From NCBI GenBank assembly GCA_047974625.1, contig JBKECK010000054.1:4988-68987 (forward strand): DNA of 64,000 bases, read 5' to 3'. This DNA is from Acidimicrobiales bacterium (lineage in GTDB: Bacteria; Actinomycetota; Acidimicrobiia; Acidimicrobiales; SZUA-35). The position numbers were made by a program, and so were the translations under genes. Below, piece after piece: positions 56,515 through 63,919 of the stretch. A model generated the notes under the pieces. That model was not told where the DNA came from. It searched no databases and worked only from the letters and a program-made list of their open reading frames with translations. Positions within the stretch are counted from its first letter, which is position 1, and every line of letters begins with the position of its first letter.

Positions 56515-57240
56515 TCAGGGGCGGTGGCCGTTGAGGACGACCCCGGGGAACTCCCGGAGGGCGTCCTCGGCGATCTGGCGCATCATCCAGCCGTCGATCC
56601 CGGCGCCGACGGCCCCACCCAACACCGGGACGGCCCGACCCATCCGGGACACGAGGTGTTCACCCGCGCCCCGCAGCAGCCGGAATCCGACGGCCTTGTT
56701 GACCAGCATCAGGGCGGACGGGGGCAGCCGCCCCAGGACGAAGCGGGCCACCCGGCCCCCTCCAGCCACCAGACCGGCCCGGGCCAGGACGTCGTTGGCC
56801 TCCGAGCCGGTGAGGGTGAGCAGGATCGCGGTGCGAACCTCCGGCGTGGACAGGTTGTAGCCCCGGACCGACGCGATCGAGGCCACCATGCGGGTGGCCT
56901 GGAGGTAGAACTCGGCGAGGTTAACCGGTAACGCCAGCGGCATGGTCACGAAGCCCCCGAGGCCGGTGACGAATCCCCCGGCCGCGCCGCCGATGGTGGC
57001 GTCGCGGATGATGGTGCGGATGGCCGCCTCGGGGTCGCCGGCCTGGGCCCGGGCCCGGGCGGCGGTCTCGTCGGCCGACGGGATCGGCCCCCGGCCGTCG
57101 ATGCCCACGTCCACCAGGCCGGCGATGAGCTGGTCGATAGCCCCGCCGTGGCGGTCCATATCCCGGGCCGCGTCCAGGGCCGGCACCAGGGTGGCGTCTG
57201 ATTGGTTGCGGCCGCCCCGAACCGCGTCGAGCAATCCCAT
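56515..57240 (-). CDS. EcsC family protein
   Basis: AAGGFVTGLGGFVTMPLALPVNLAEFYLQATRMVASIASVRGYNL matches the EcsC family core. 241 aa. Confidence 0.75.
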   Translation of the reverse strand: MGLLDAVRGGRNQSDATLVPALDAARDMDRHGGAIDQLIAGLVDVGIDGRGPIPSADETAARARAQAGDPEAAIRTIIRDATIGGAAGGFVTGLGGFVTMPLALPVNLAEFYLQATRMVASIASVRGYNLSTPEVRTAILLTLTGSEANDVLARAGLVAGGGRVARFVLGRLPPSALMLVNKAVGFRLLRGAGEHLVSRMGRAVPVLGGAVGAGIDGWMMRQIAEDALREFPGVVLNGHRP

Positions 57241-57298
57241 CCCTGAAGCCTAGGGCACCGCCCGTTGGGACGTGGCGGTGCCCTAGGCTTCAGGGATG
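57238..57298. promoter_or_regulatory. Perfect 25-bp inverted repeat (11-nt spacer) that includes the ecsC start codon
   Basis: Seen directly: CATCCCTGAAGCCTAGGGCACCGCC (57238-57262) is the exact reverse complement of 57274-57298. Each arm reads outward as TAGGCT-N6-ATG. Confidence 0.6.
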
Positions 57299-57363
57299 CG
57301 GTGCCCGTGCGATGAGGCTTCGGCGGTAGAGCCGATGTCCGGACCTGGCCGGCCGGGCCGTGT

Positions 57364-58662
57364 TCAGCGGCGACGGCGCAGGTAGGCCAGCAGTTCGTCG
57401 AACTGGCCTGATTCGTTGCTGTAGGTGGCGTAGTTCCGGGCCGTCTCGAACCACGGCCCGGTGCTGGGCCGTGCCTCGGACACGGCCGCCTTGAGGTCCT
57501 TCATGGTGATTGGCTCCACGCTGCCGGACGACATGGAGCGGTCGATGGCGAACTCGGTGGCACTGTCGCAGACGAGGGCCAGGTCGGCCCCGGTGAGGCC
57601 GTCGGTGTTGGCCGCCACCCGGGCCAGGTCGAGCCGGTGGGTGGGCCGGTCCCGCAGATGGGTCTCCAGGATGGTCTGCCGGGCGGTGGCGTCGGGCGGG
57701 AGGACGACCATCATGCGGTCGAACCGGCCCGGCCGCAGCAGGGCCGGGTCGATGTCCCACGGATGGTTGGACGCCCCGAGGATGTACACACCGTCGTTGT
57801 CCTTGCCCACCCCATCGAGCTCGACCAGGAACTGGTTGACCACACCCCGCATCGCCCCACTGTTGCGGAGTTGCGACCGCTTCTGCCCCAGGGCGTCGAT
57901 CTCGTCGAAGAACAGGACGCAGGGGGCGTGGGCCCGGGCCACGTCGAAGATGGCGGTCAGGTTGCGTTCCGAGGCCCCGATCCACATGTCGAGCACGTCG
58001 GACAGGCCCACCGTGTAGAAGCTGGCCCCCAGCTCCCCCGCGCACGCCCGGGCCAGGTAGGTCTTGCCGCACCCGGGCGGACCCCACAGGAGCAGGCCAC
58101 CCCCGATCGTCTTGCCGTAGGCCTTGCTCAGCTGGGGGTTGCGCATCGGACCGAGCAGGGACCGGTCGAGTCGCCGCTTGACGTCGTCCATGCCGCCGAC
58201 GTCGGCCAGGGTGATGCCGGGCTGGACCAGCTCCCCGATGAGGGGCTCGGTGGGGGCGGCTTGGTGCTCCCACAGATCGAGGAGGTCGTCGACCGACTCC
58301 GGTGTGGGCCCGTCGCCGGGCACCGGGACGGCCCCGGTCGGAACCGGGCCCGCACCCGCCGGCCGCGGGTCCTGACCTGGGGACGGAGTCGGGGACGGCG
58401 CCGGGTCCGGGCCAAGGGCGTCGGCCAGGCGGCTGAACGCGGCCGCCCGGGGGTCGCCGACGCTCTTGGCGGCACGGGCGGCGAGGCGGAGGGCGTCGAC
58501 ATCGTCGGGCACGGTGTCCAACACCACGCCCAGGTGGACCAGCGCCCGTTGGGGCTGGCCGGCGGTCACGAGCACCTCGGCCAGGTGCCGGCGGAGGGCG
58601 GGGCCGTCCGGGTCGGCGGCTACCGCCTGCTCGAGGGCGGCGATCAGGTCATCGTTGGTCAT
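57364..58662 (-). CDS. AAA+ ATPase (classic AAA clade) with N-terminal TPR-like helical domain
   Basis: From ORF 57364..58860(-), ATG 58662. GPPGCGKTYLA (Walker A), VLFFDEIDAL (Walker B), GASNHPWDIDPALLRPGRFD (second region of homology). The N-terminal ~90 aa consists of helical repeats. Confidence 0.85.
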   Translation of the reverse strand: MTNDDLIAALEQAVAADPDGPALRRHLAEVLVTAGQPQRALVHLGVVLDTVPDDVDALRLAARAAKSVGDPRAAAFSRLADALGPDPAPSPTPSPGQDPRPAGAGPVPTGAVPVPGDGPTPESVDDLLDLWEHQAAPTEPLIGELVQPGITLADVGGMDDVKRRLDRSLLGPMRNPQLSKAYGKTIGGGLLLWGPPGCGKTYLARACAGELGASFYTVGLSDVLDMWIGASERNLTAIFDVARAHAPCVLFFDEIDALGQKRSQLRNSGAMRGVVNQFLVELDGVGKDNDGVYILGASNHPWDIDPALLRPGRFDRMMVVLPPDATARQTILETHLRDRPTHRLDLARVAANTDGLTGADLALVCDSATEFAIDRSMSSGSVEPITMKDLKAAVSEARPSTGPWFETARNYATYSNESGQFDELLAYLRRRR

Positions 58663-58735
58663 GGTCGTTCGCTTCGGGGTTGCTGGTGGTTCGGGGGCGC
58701 AGGTTCGTGGCCGGGGTGAGACGGGTTGCCTGGGG

Positions 58736-59695
58736 TCACCACCGGCGTCGGCGCGCCGGCCGGTAGGCGGGTTGGGCGGTGGTGTCGCTGACCTCGATGG
58801 CCCGTCGGGCGTCGGCAGACAGGCTGGCGCGGATGCGGCGCTGTCGCCGCCGGTTGGCAACGATCCAGGTCACCAGGCCCGCGGCCACCAGTGCGGCGGT
58901 CAGGTAGGCCAGCCATCCGCTGGTCCCGCCCACGGTGAGGAGCCGGATGATGGCGAACACCGCCACTGGCCCCACCAGGGACGGTCTCGACCCGAGCTGG
59001 CGGATCCGGGCCGTCGGGGTCACGTCGTTCGGGTTGGCCCGACCGGCCCGGACGTACTGGTCGGCGGCGTCGCGGACCTGCCCCCGATGCTCGTGGACCT
59101 GGCCCAGCAGTTCGTGGGCGTGACCGTGGTCGGCGTCGATGGCCAGGGCCGCCCGGGCGGCCTCTTCGGCCCGCACGAGGTCGACGGGTCCGGTGAGGTA
59201 GATCCGGGCCGCGGTGACGTGGACGAGGGTGTTGTCCGGTTCAAGGGCGAGGGCCCGGTTCACGTCATCGAGCGCCATCCGGCGGTGCAGCTCCCGGTCG
59301 ACGCGCCGTTCCGCGGCCCAGGTGCGGAGGATCTCGGCCCGGTTGACCAGGGTCGCGGCCGAGGGGTCGAGGGCGACGGCCTCGTCCAGGGTGGCGTGGG
59401 CCCGCTTGTAGTGCCGGGCCGCGATCTCGCCGGCGGCTCGTATCCGCAACGCCCCCACGTTCTGCGGGTCGAGGCTCAACGCCTTCCGGGCCAGGTCGTA
59501 GGCGCCCTTCTGGTCGTTCCGGCGGAACCGGCACAGGGCCAGAGCGGTCACGAGGTCGGCGCTGCCGGGGTCGGCTCCGATGGCGGCACGCAGCTCCCGC
59601 TCGGCGTCCGGATACCGGCCGAGGTCGAGCAGGGCGTAGGCTCGCTCGACGTTCGGGCCACGGTCCACCCCGTATTCGCTGGCGTGATCGGCCAC
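58736..59695 (-). CDS. TPR-repeat protein with two C-terminal transmembrane helices
   Basis: From ORF 58736..60598(-), GTG 59695 (start uncertain). It has several TPR-like units (AYALLDLGRYPDAERELRAAIGADP...). TM helices are VGPVAVFAIIRLLTVGG and WLAYLTAALVAAGLVTWIVA, followed by a basic tail. Confidence 0.65.
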   Translation of the reverse strand: MADHASEYGVDRGPNVERAYALLDLGRYPDAERELRAAIGADPGSADLVTALALCRFRRNDQKGAYDLARKALSLDPQNVGALRIRAAGEIAARHYKRAHATLDEAVALDPSAATLVNRAEILRTWAAERRVDRELHRRMALDDVNRALALEPDNTLVHVTAARIYLTGPVDLVRAEEAARAALAIDADHGHAHELLGQVHEHRGQVRDAADQYVRAGRANPNDVTPTARIRQLGSRPSLVGPVAVFAIIRLLTVGGTSGWLAYLTAALVAAGLVTWIVANRRRQRRIRASLSADARRAIEVSDTTAQPAYRPARRRRW

Positions 59696-59713
59696 CGGGC
59701 CATGATGGCCGAT

Positions 59714-59748
59714 CCGACGGCCCAACCGACGTCGGTTCGGGCCGTCGG
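59714..59748 (-). terminator. Nested near-perfect palindrome / long hairpin after the acyl-CoA dehydrogenase gene
   Basis: CCGACGGCCC-AACCGACGTCGGTT-C-GGGCCGTCGG: a 10-bp outer stem plus a 14-bp inner palindrome, with a 1-nt bulge. It lies 10 nt after the stop at 59758. Confidence 0.55.
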
Positions 59749-59757
59749 TGGCCGTGT

Positions 59758-61002
59758 TCAGGAGCGGGGCACGTCCCGGAACGGCTTGCCCCGGTCCGGG
59801 GCAGGTTCGCGGGGTAGGCCGAGCACGGTCTCGCCCAGGATGTTGTGCTGGATCTCGTCGGTCCCCCCGGCGATCGACTGGGCGGGGGTGGAGACCAGGA
59901 CCTCGGCCACCACGGCGTCGGCGGGATCGTCGGTGGTGCTCAGCATCCCGGCGGCCCCGGCGATCGAGGTGTGGACGTCGTGGCAGCGCCGGGCGATCTC
60001 CGACATGGCCAGCTTTCCGATCGATCCCTCCGATCCGGGCGGTCGGCCCAGCTCCCGGGCGGCCTTGGCCCGCCCCGCCGTCCACTCCGACGCCCGTTGC
60101 AGTCCGATCAGGGCGGCCGTCGCGTCGCGGACCACGGGGTCGTCGTTGCGGCCCCGGGCCCGGGCCCGCTCGGCCACCAGGTCGATACGGCCCTGGCGTT
60201 GGGGGTACCAGGCGTAGGTCTTGCGGTACTCGGCCAGCTCCTCGGCGGCCTCGTCGATGACCCGGCCCGTGACCTGCCGGGGCAGGGAGGCGTCGCGCCG
60301 AGACAGGAAGGCCCGTTCGTGGGCCAGGGTGCCCCGGGCCACCTTCCAGCCGTCGCCCACCTCGCCGACCACGTTCGCGTGGGGGATCCGGGCGTCGGTC
60401 AGGAAGACCTCGTTGAACGACTGGTGTTCGTTCATCTGCCGGATGGGGCGGGCCTCGACGCCGGGTTGACGCATGTCGAGTAGGAAGTAGGTGAGCCCGG
60501 CGTGCTTGGGCACCGACCAGTCGGTGCGGGCCACCAGGATGGCGTAGTCGGCGTGATCGGCCGAGGTGTTCCACACCTTCTGGCCGTTGACCACCCACTC
60601 GTCACCGTCCCGGACCGCCGTGGTCTGGAGGCCGGCCAGATCCGACCCGGCGGTCGGTTCACTGAACAGCTGGCACCAGGTGTAGGCACCGGTGAGGGTA
60701 GGGCGCAGGAACCGTTCCCGGAGGTCGTCGGAGCCGTGGTCGTAGATGGTGGGGGCGGCGAGCCCGAAACCGGAGCCGGCCGGCATGGCCACACCGCCGG
60801 CGGCCCGGATGGCGGAGTGGGCCACCCGGTCGGCCCAGGCGGGCAGGCCGCGGCCATACCAGTCCGTCGACCAGGACGGAACCCCCCACCCGGCGTCGAC
60901 GATCCGCTCCCGCCAGCCGACCAGGGAGAGGTCGGGGTCCCAACTGGTGGCGAACCACTCGGTTACCTCGGCATTGAGGCCGTCCTCGGTGATGTCGCTC
61001 AT
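59758..61002 (-). CDS. Acyl-CoA dehydrogenase
   Basis: WCQLFSEPTAGSD, DGDEWVVNGQKVWNT and SIAGGTDEIQHNILGETVLGLP. Confidence 0.9.
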   Translation of the reverse strand: MSDITEDGLNAEVTEWFATSWDPDLSLVGWRERIVDAGWGVPSWSTDWYGRGLPAWADRVAHSAIRAAGGVAMPAGSGFGLAAPTIYDHGSDDLRERFLRPTLTGAYTWCQLFSEPTAGSDLAGLQTTAVRDGDEWVVNGQKVWNTSADHADYAILVARTDWSVPKHAGLTYFLLDMRQPGVEARPIRQMNEHQSFNEVFLTDARIPHANVVGEVGDGWKVARGTLAHERAFLSRRDASLPRQVTGRVIDEAAEELAEYRKTYAWYPQRQGRIDLVAERARARGRNDDPVVRDATAALIGLQRASEWTAGRAKAARELGRPPGSEGSIGKLAMSEIARRCHDVHTSIAGAAGMLSTTDDPADAVVAEVLVSTPAQSIAGGTDEIQHNILGETVLGLPREPAPDRGKPFRDVPRS

Positions 61003-61180
61003 ACCGTCACTCCTGGGCCGGGCGGGTGGGTGCCTTCCTTTGGCTACGACGCCGCGCCGGGCCTGTCAAGCCGGAGCCGGGGTGATGGTGGGGTGAACGG
61101 GAGCCGCGGGGCCGCGACCGACGGAGGGATACCGACGGCGGACGCGTCCCGTGACGCCCGGGACCTGCCGGGGCCGGGGC

Positions 61181-61348
61181 TCAGCCGCCCAGGATGCGAC
61201 GGAGGAAGCCGCCCGCCCGGCCGCCTCCGGTGGTGGCGCACGAGCACCGCTTCTCCGGTGGCACATTGCCGAGCACCTGCTCGATATGTTGGCCGCAGCC
61301 GGCGTAGGTGGCCTTGCCGCATCGGGAACAGGTGGCTGGACGGCACAT
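61181..61348 (-). CDS. Small (55 aa) Cys-rich protein, zinc-ribbon-like; below the ORF-track size cut-off
   Basis: My translation: MCRPATCSRCGKATYAGCGQHIEQVLGNVPPEKRCSCATTGGGRAGGFLRRILGG*. GAGGAG lies 5 nt upstream of the ATG. Six Cys follow C-x4-C-x2-C-x7-C...C-x-C. It resembles small conserved actinobacterial proteins I recall, but this is unverified. Confidence 0.6.
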   Translation of the reverse strand: MCRPATCSRCGKATYAGCGQHIEQVLGNVPPEKRCSCATTGGGRAGGFLRRILGG

Positions 61349-61416
61349 GGGGGCTCCTCGGAACTATGGGGGGTCGGAAGGTCGGGGGTCGGCGGACCGC
61401 GCATTCGGGAGGTAAT

Positions 61417-61494
61417 CGAATATACGGATAATGCCGAATATACGGACAATATTGTTTGTACGGACAATATTGTTTGTACGGACGATATAGGGAC
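61417..61494. repeat. AT-rich array of 18-bp direct repeats (TACGGA core every 18 bp x4), two units identical, each with palindrome ACAATATTGT
   Basis: TACGGA occurs at 61423, 61441, 61459 and 61477. Units 61441-61458 and 61459-61476 are identical (tacggacaatattgtttg). CGAATATACGGA occurs at 61417 and 61435. This is the most AT-rich patch I saw in the window. Confidence 0.9.
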
Positions 61495-61540
61495 ATCCGG
61501 ACCGGGACACAACCGTGATGCGGGCTCACGGCCTCACGGG

Positions 61541-63919
61541 CTACTCCCCGGGGCCAGGCCCGGACGGGTCGATCGGTTCACTCACCGCGATGAGGGCGGC
61601 GTTGACGACATGGTCGGCCGAGATGCCGGTGAGGTGGTGGAGGTCGGCGATGGTGCCGGACTCGCCGAACCGGTCGACCCCGAGCGGGTACTGGGCCACC
61701 CCGAGGGCGGACCCGATCCAGGCCAGGCTGTGGCTGGACCCGTCGTGGACCGACACGATCGGCCGGCGCCGCTCGGCCGGTGGCACCAGCCGGTGGAGCT
61801 GGCTGGGCGCCCGCACCACCCCGGACGCCGGTCCGGTCGAGGCGAAGGCGGCCCGCCAGCTCCGGTAGGCCCGGCGTGGGTTGGTGAGGTGCACCACGGT
61901 GGCCGTCACCCCTTCGGCGTCGAGTTCGGTCGCGGCGGCCAGGGCCTCGGGGGCCATCACGCCGGTGGTGACGATGGTAACCCCGGGTCGGTCGTCGGGT
62001 GGGCCCGGCCGGAGCCGGTAGCCGCCGGCGACCACCTGGCGGCGGAGCACGTCCGCCCCGTAGGCGTCGAGGGCGGCGGCGAACGGGGCCTGGTCGATCG
62101 GGCGGGTCGACAGGCGCAGGTAGGTGGCGGACCCATCGTCCCGGGTGAGCTGGTCGAGGGCGTCGCACAGGAGCCAGTCGACCTCGGTGGCGTAGGCCGG
62201 CTCGGCGTAGTCCAGGCCCGGTAGTTCGGCCCCCACCGACGGGGTGATGGTGGACTGGTGGGCCCCGCCTTCGGGGGCCAGGGTCACCCCCGACGGGGTG
62301 CCGGCCACCACGAACCGGGCGTCGTTGTAGAGCCCGTAGACCAGGGCGTCGAGGCCGCGGAGCACGAACGGGTCGTAGACGGTGCCCACCGGGAGCAGCA
62401 GCTCGCCGTGGTGGTCGTGGCTGAGGCCGAGCTGGCCGAGCAGCATGAACAGGTTCATCTCGCTGATGCCCAGCTCGATGTGGCGGCCCTCCGGCGACGG
62501 CGCCCACCGCAGCAGCCGGTCGGCGCCGCCGTGGTCATCCCGCTCGGCGTGCCAGTAGACGCCGGTCTTGTTGATCCAGCCGCCCAGGTTGGTGGAGATG
62601 GCCACGTCGGGGGCGGTGGTGACGATCCGCTCGCCCACCCCGGCCACGTCGGCCAGGCTGGTGAGGACCCGGCCGAACGCCTCCTGGGTGGACACGAGAC
62701 CGCTGGTCACCTCGCCCCGGGCCGCCGCCGGTACCGGGAGCGGGGGCCGGGGCACCGGCCGGGGATTGTTGATGGCGCCGCCGACGGCGGCGCAGAGCCG
62801 GCCGGGGCGACTGTCGGGGGCGAACCGGTCCCACTCGGTGGCCTCGGTGAGGCCTACCTCGGCCCGGAAGGCGTCAATCTGCGCCGGGTTGAGCAGGGCG
62901 GCGTGGTTGAGGGGATCCCCGGCGATGGGCAACCCCCAACCCTTGATGGTGTAGGCGAACACCACCGACGGGCGGTCGGTGACGGCGTCGCAGGTGGCGA
63001 AGGCGTCGAGCAGGACCCCGAGGTCATGACCACCGAGGTCGGTGACGAGGGCCTTGAACGCCTGATCGTCGTAGCGTCCGGCCAGGTCACGCAGGTCGGG
63101 GCCGGCGTCCTTCAGGACCACGGCCCGGGCCCGGGCCGGGTCGAGGGCGAACAGCGACTGGTAGGCCTCGTTGGGCATGGCGTCGATCTGGGCCCGGAGG
63201 GCGTCGCCCTCCGGTTGGGCGAAGGCGGCGGCCAGCCGTGACCCGTACTTCGCCTCGGCCACGTGCCAGCCGGCGTCGGCGAAGAACCGTTTGAGGCGGA
63301 CCGCGGCGATGTCGGGGATCACCCGGTCGAGACTCTGACGGTTGAGGTCGATCACCATGGTGAAGGCGCCCAGATCCTGGGTGACCGGATCGGTGATCGC
63401 CTCCCAGATGTTGCCCTCGTCCAGCTCGGCATCGCCCACCAGGGCGATGAACCGGGCCTCGGGGCGGGGACCGAAGTGGTGGTCGACGTAGCGGCGGGTC
63501 AGGGCGGAGAACAGGGGGGCCACCGCGCCCAGCCCCACCGAGCCGGTTGAGAAGTCGGTGACGTCAGGGTCCTTGGTGCGCGACGGGTAGGCCTGCAGGC
63601 CACCCCGTTGCCGCAGGCTGGTGAGGTAGGAGCGGTCGAGCTCGCCGGTCAGGTACTTGATGGCGTGGTAGACGGGCGAGGCGTGGGGTTTGACCGCCAC
63701 CTTGTCGTGGCCGCCGATGTGGCCAAACCACAGGGCGGTCATGATCGACACCATCGAGGCGCACGACGCCTGGTGGCCGCCCACCTTGATCTCGGCCCCG
63801 GCCTCGAGACCCCGGTGGTTGGCGGCGTCGATGATCCGGGTGGCCAGCCACAGCACCCGTCGTTCGACGGCCCGCATGGCCTCGAGGCGCGGGTCGGCCG
63901 CGGGGGCCGGCTGGGCCAC
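61541..63919 (-). CDS. aceE: 2-oxoacid (pyruvate) dehydrogenase E1 component, homodimeric AceE-like
   Basis: 792 aa. KVGGHQASCASMVSIMTAL, GDAELDEGNIWEA (TPP motif region), TIKGWGLP and GGAHQS. Somewhat shorter than the E1 proteins I remember (~900 aa). Confidence 0.75.
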   Translation of the reverse strand: MAQPAPAADPRLEAMRAVERRVLWLATRIIDAANHRGLEAGAEIKVGGHQASCASMVSIMTALWFGHIGGHDKVAVKPHASPVYHAIKYLTGELDRSYLTSLRQRGGLQAYPSRTKDPDVTDFSTGSVGLGAVAPLFSALTRRYVDHHFGPRPEARFIALVGDAELDEGNIWEAITDPVTQDLGAFTMVIDLNRQSLDRVIPDIAAVRLKRFFADAGWHVAEAKYGSRLAAAFAQPEGDALRAQIDAMPNEAYQSLFALDPARARAVVLKDAGPDLRDLAGRYDDQAFKALVTDLGGHDLGVLLDAFATCDAVTDRPSVVFAYTIKGWGLPIAGDPLNHAALLNPAQIDAFRAEVGLTEATEWDRFAPDSRPGRLCAAVGGAINNPRPVPRPPLPVPAAARGEVTSGLVSTQEAFGRVLTSLADVAGVGERIVTTAPDVAISTNLGGWINKTGVYWHAERDDHGGADRLLRWAPSPEGRHIELGISEMNLFMLLGQLGLSHDHHGELLLPVGTVYDPFVLRGLDALVYGLYNDARFVVAGTPSGVTLAPEGGAHQSTITPSVGAELPGLDYAEPAYATEVDWLLCDALDQLTRDDGSATYLRLSTRPIDQAPFAAALDAYGADVLRRQVVAGGYRLRPGPPDDRPGVTIVTTGVMAPEALAAATELDAEGVTATVVHLTNPRRAYRSWRAAFASTGPASGVVRAPSQLHRLVPPAERRRPIVSVHDGSSHSLAWIGSALGVAQYPLGVDRFGESGTIADLHHLTGISADHVVNAALIAVSEPIDPSGPGPGE

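Noticed and set aside
57296-57385. 29-codon plus-strand ORF (MRCPCDEASAVEPMSGPGRPGRVQRRRRR*) starting at the mirror ATG of the 25-bp inverted repeat
   Set aside because: It overlaps the 3' end of the AAA gene, has a low-complexity basic tail and has no independent support. It is probably a by-product of the inverted duplication.
61417-61494. Chromosomal origin (DnaA-box cluster) or NrdR-box pair
   Set aside because: - The core differs from the DnaA box at two positions that I understand to be critical (CGTA versus CACA).
- No dnaA, dnaN or nrd genes are nearby.
- NrdR boxes are 16-bp palindromes spaced about three helical turns apart, not 18-bp direct repeats.

The array is kept as an unexplained repeat instead.
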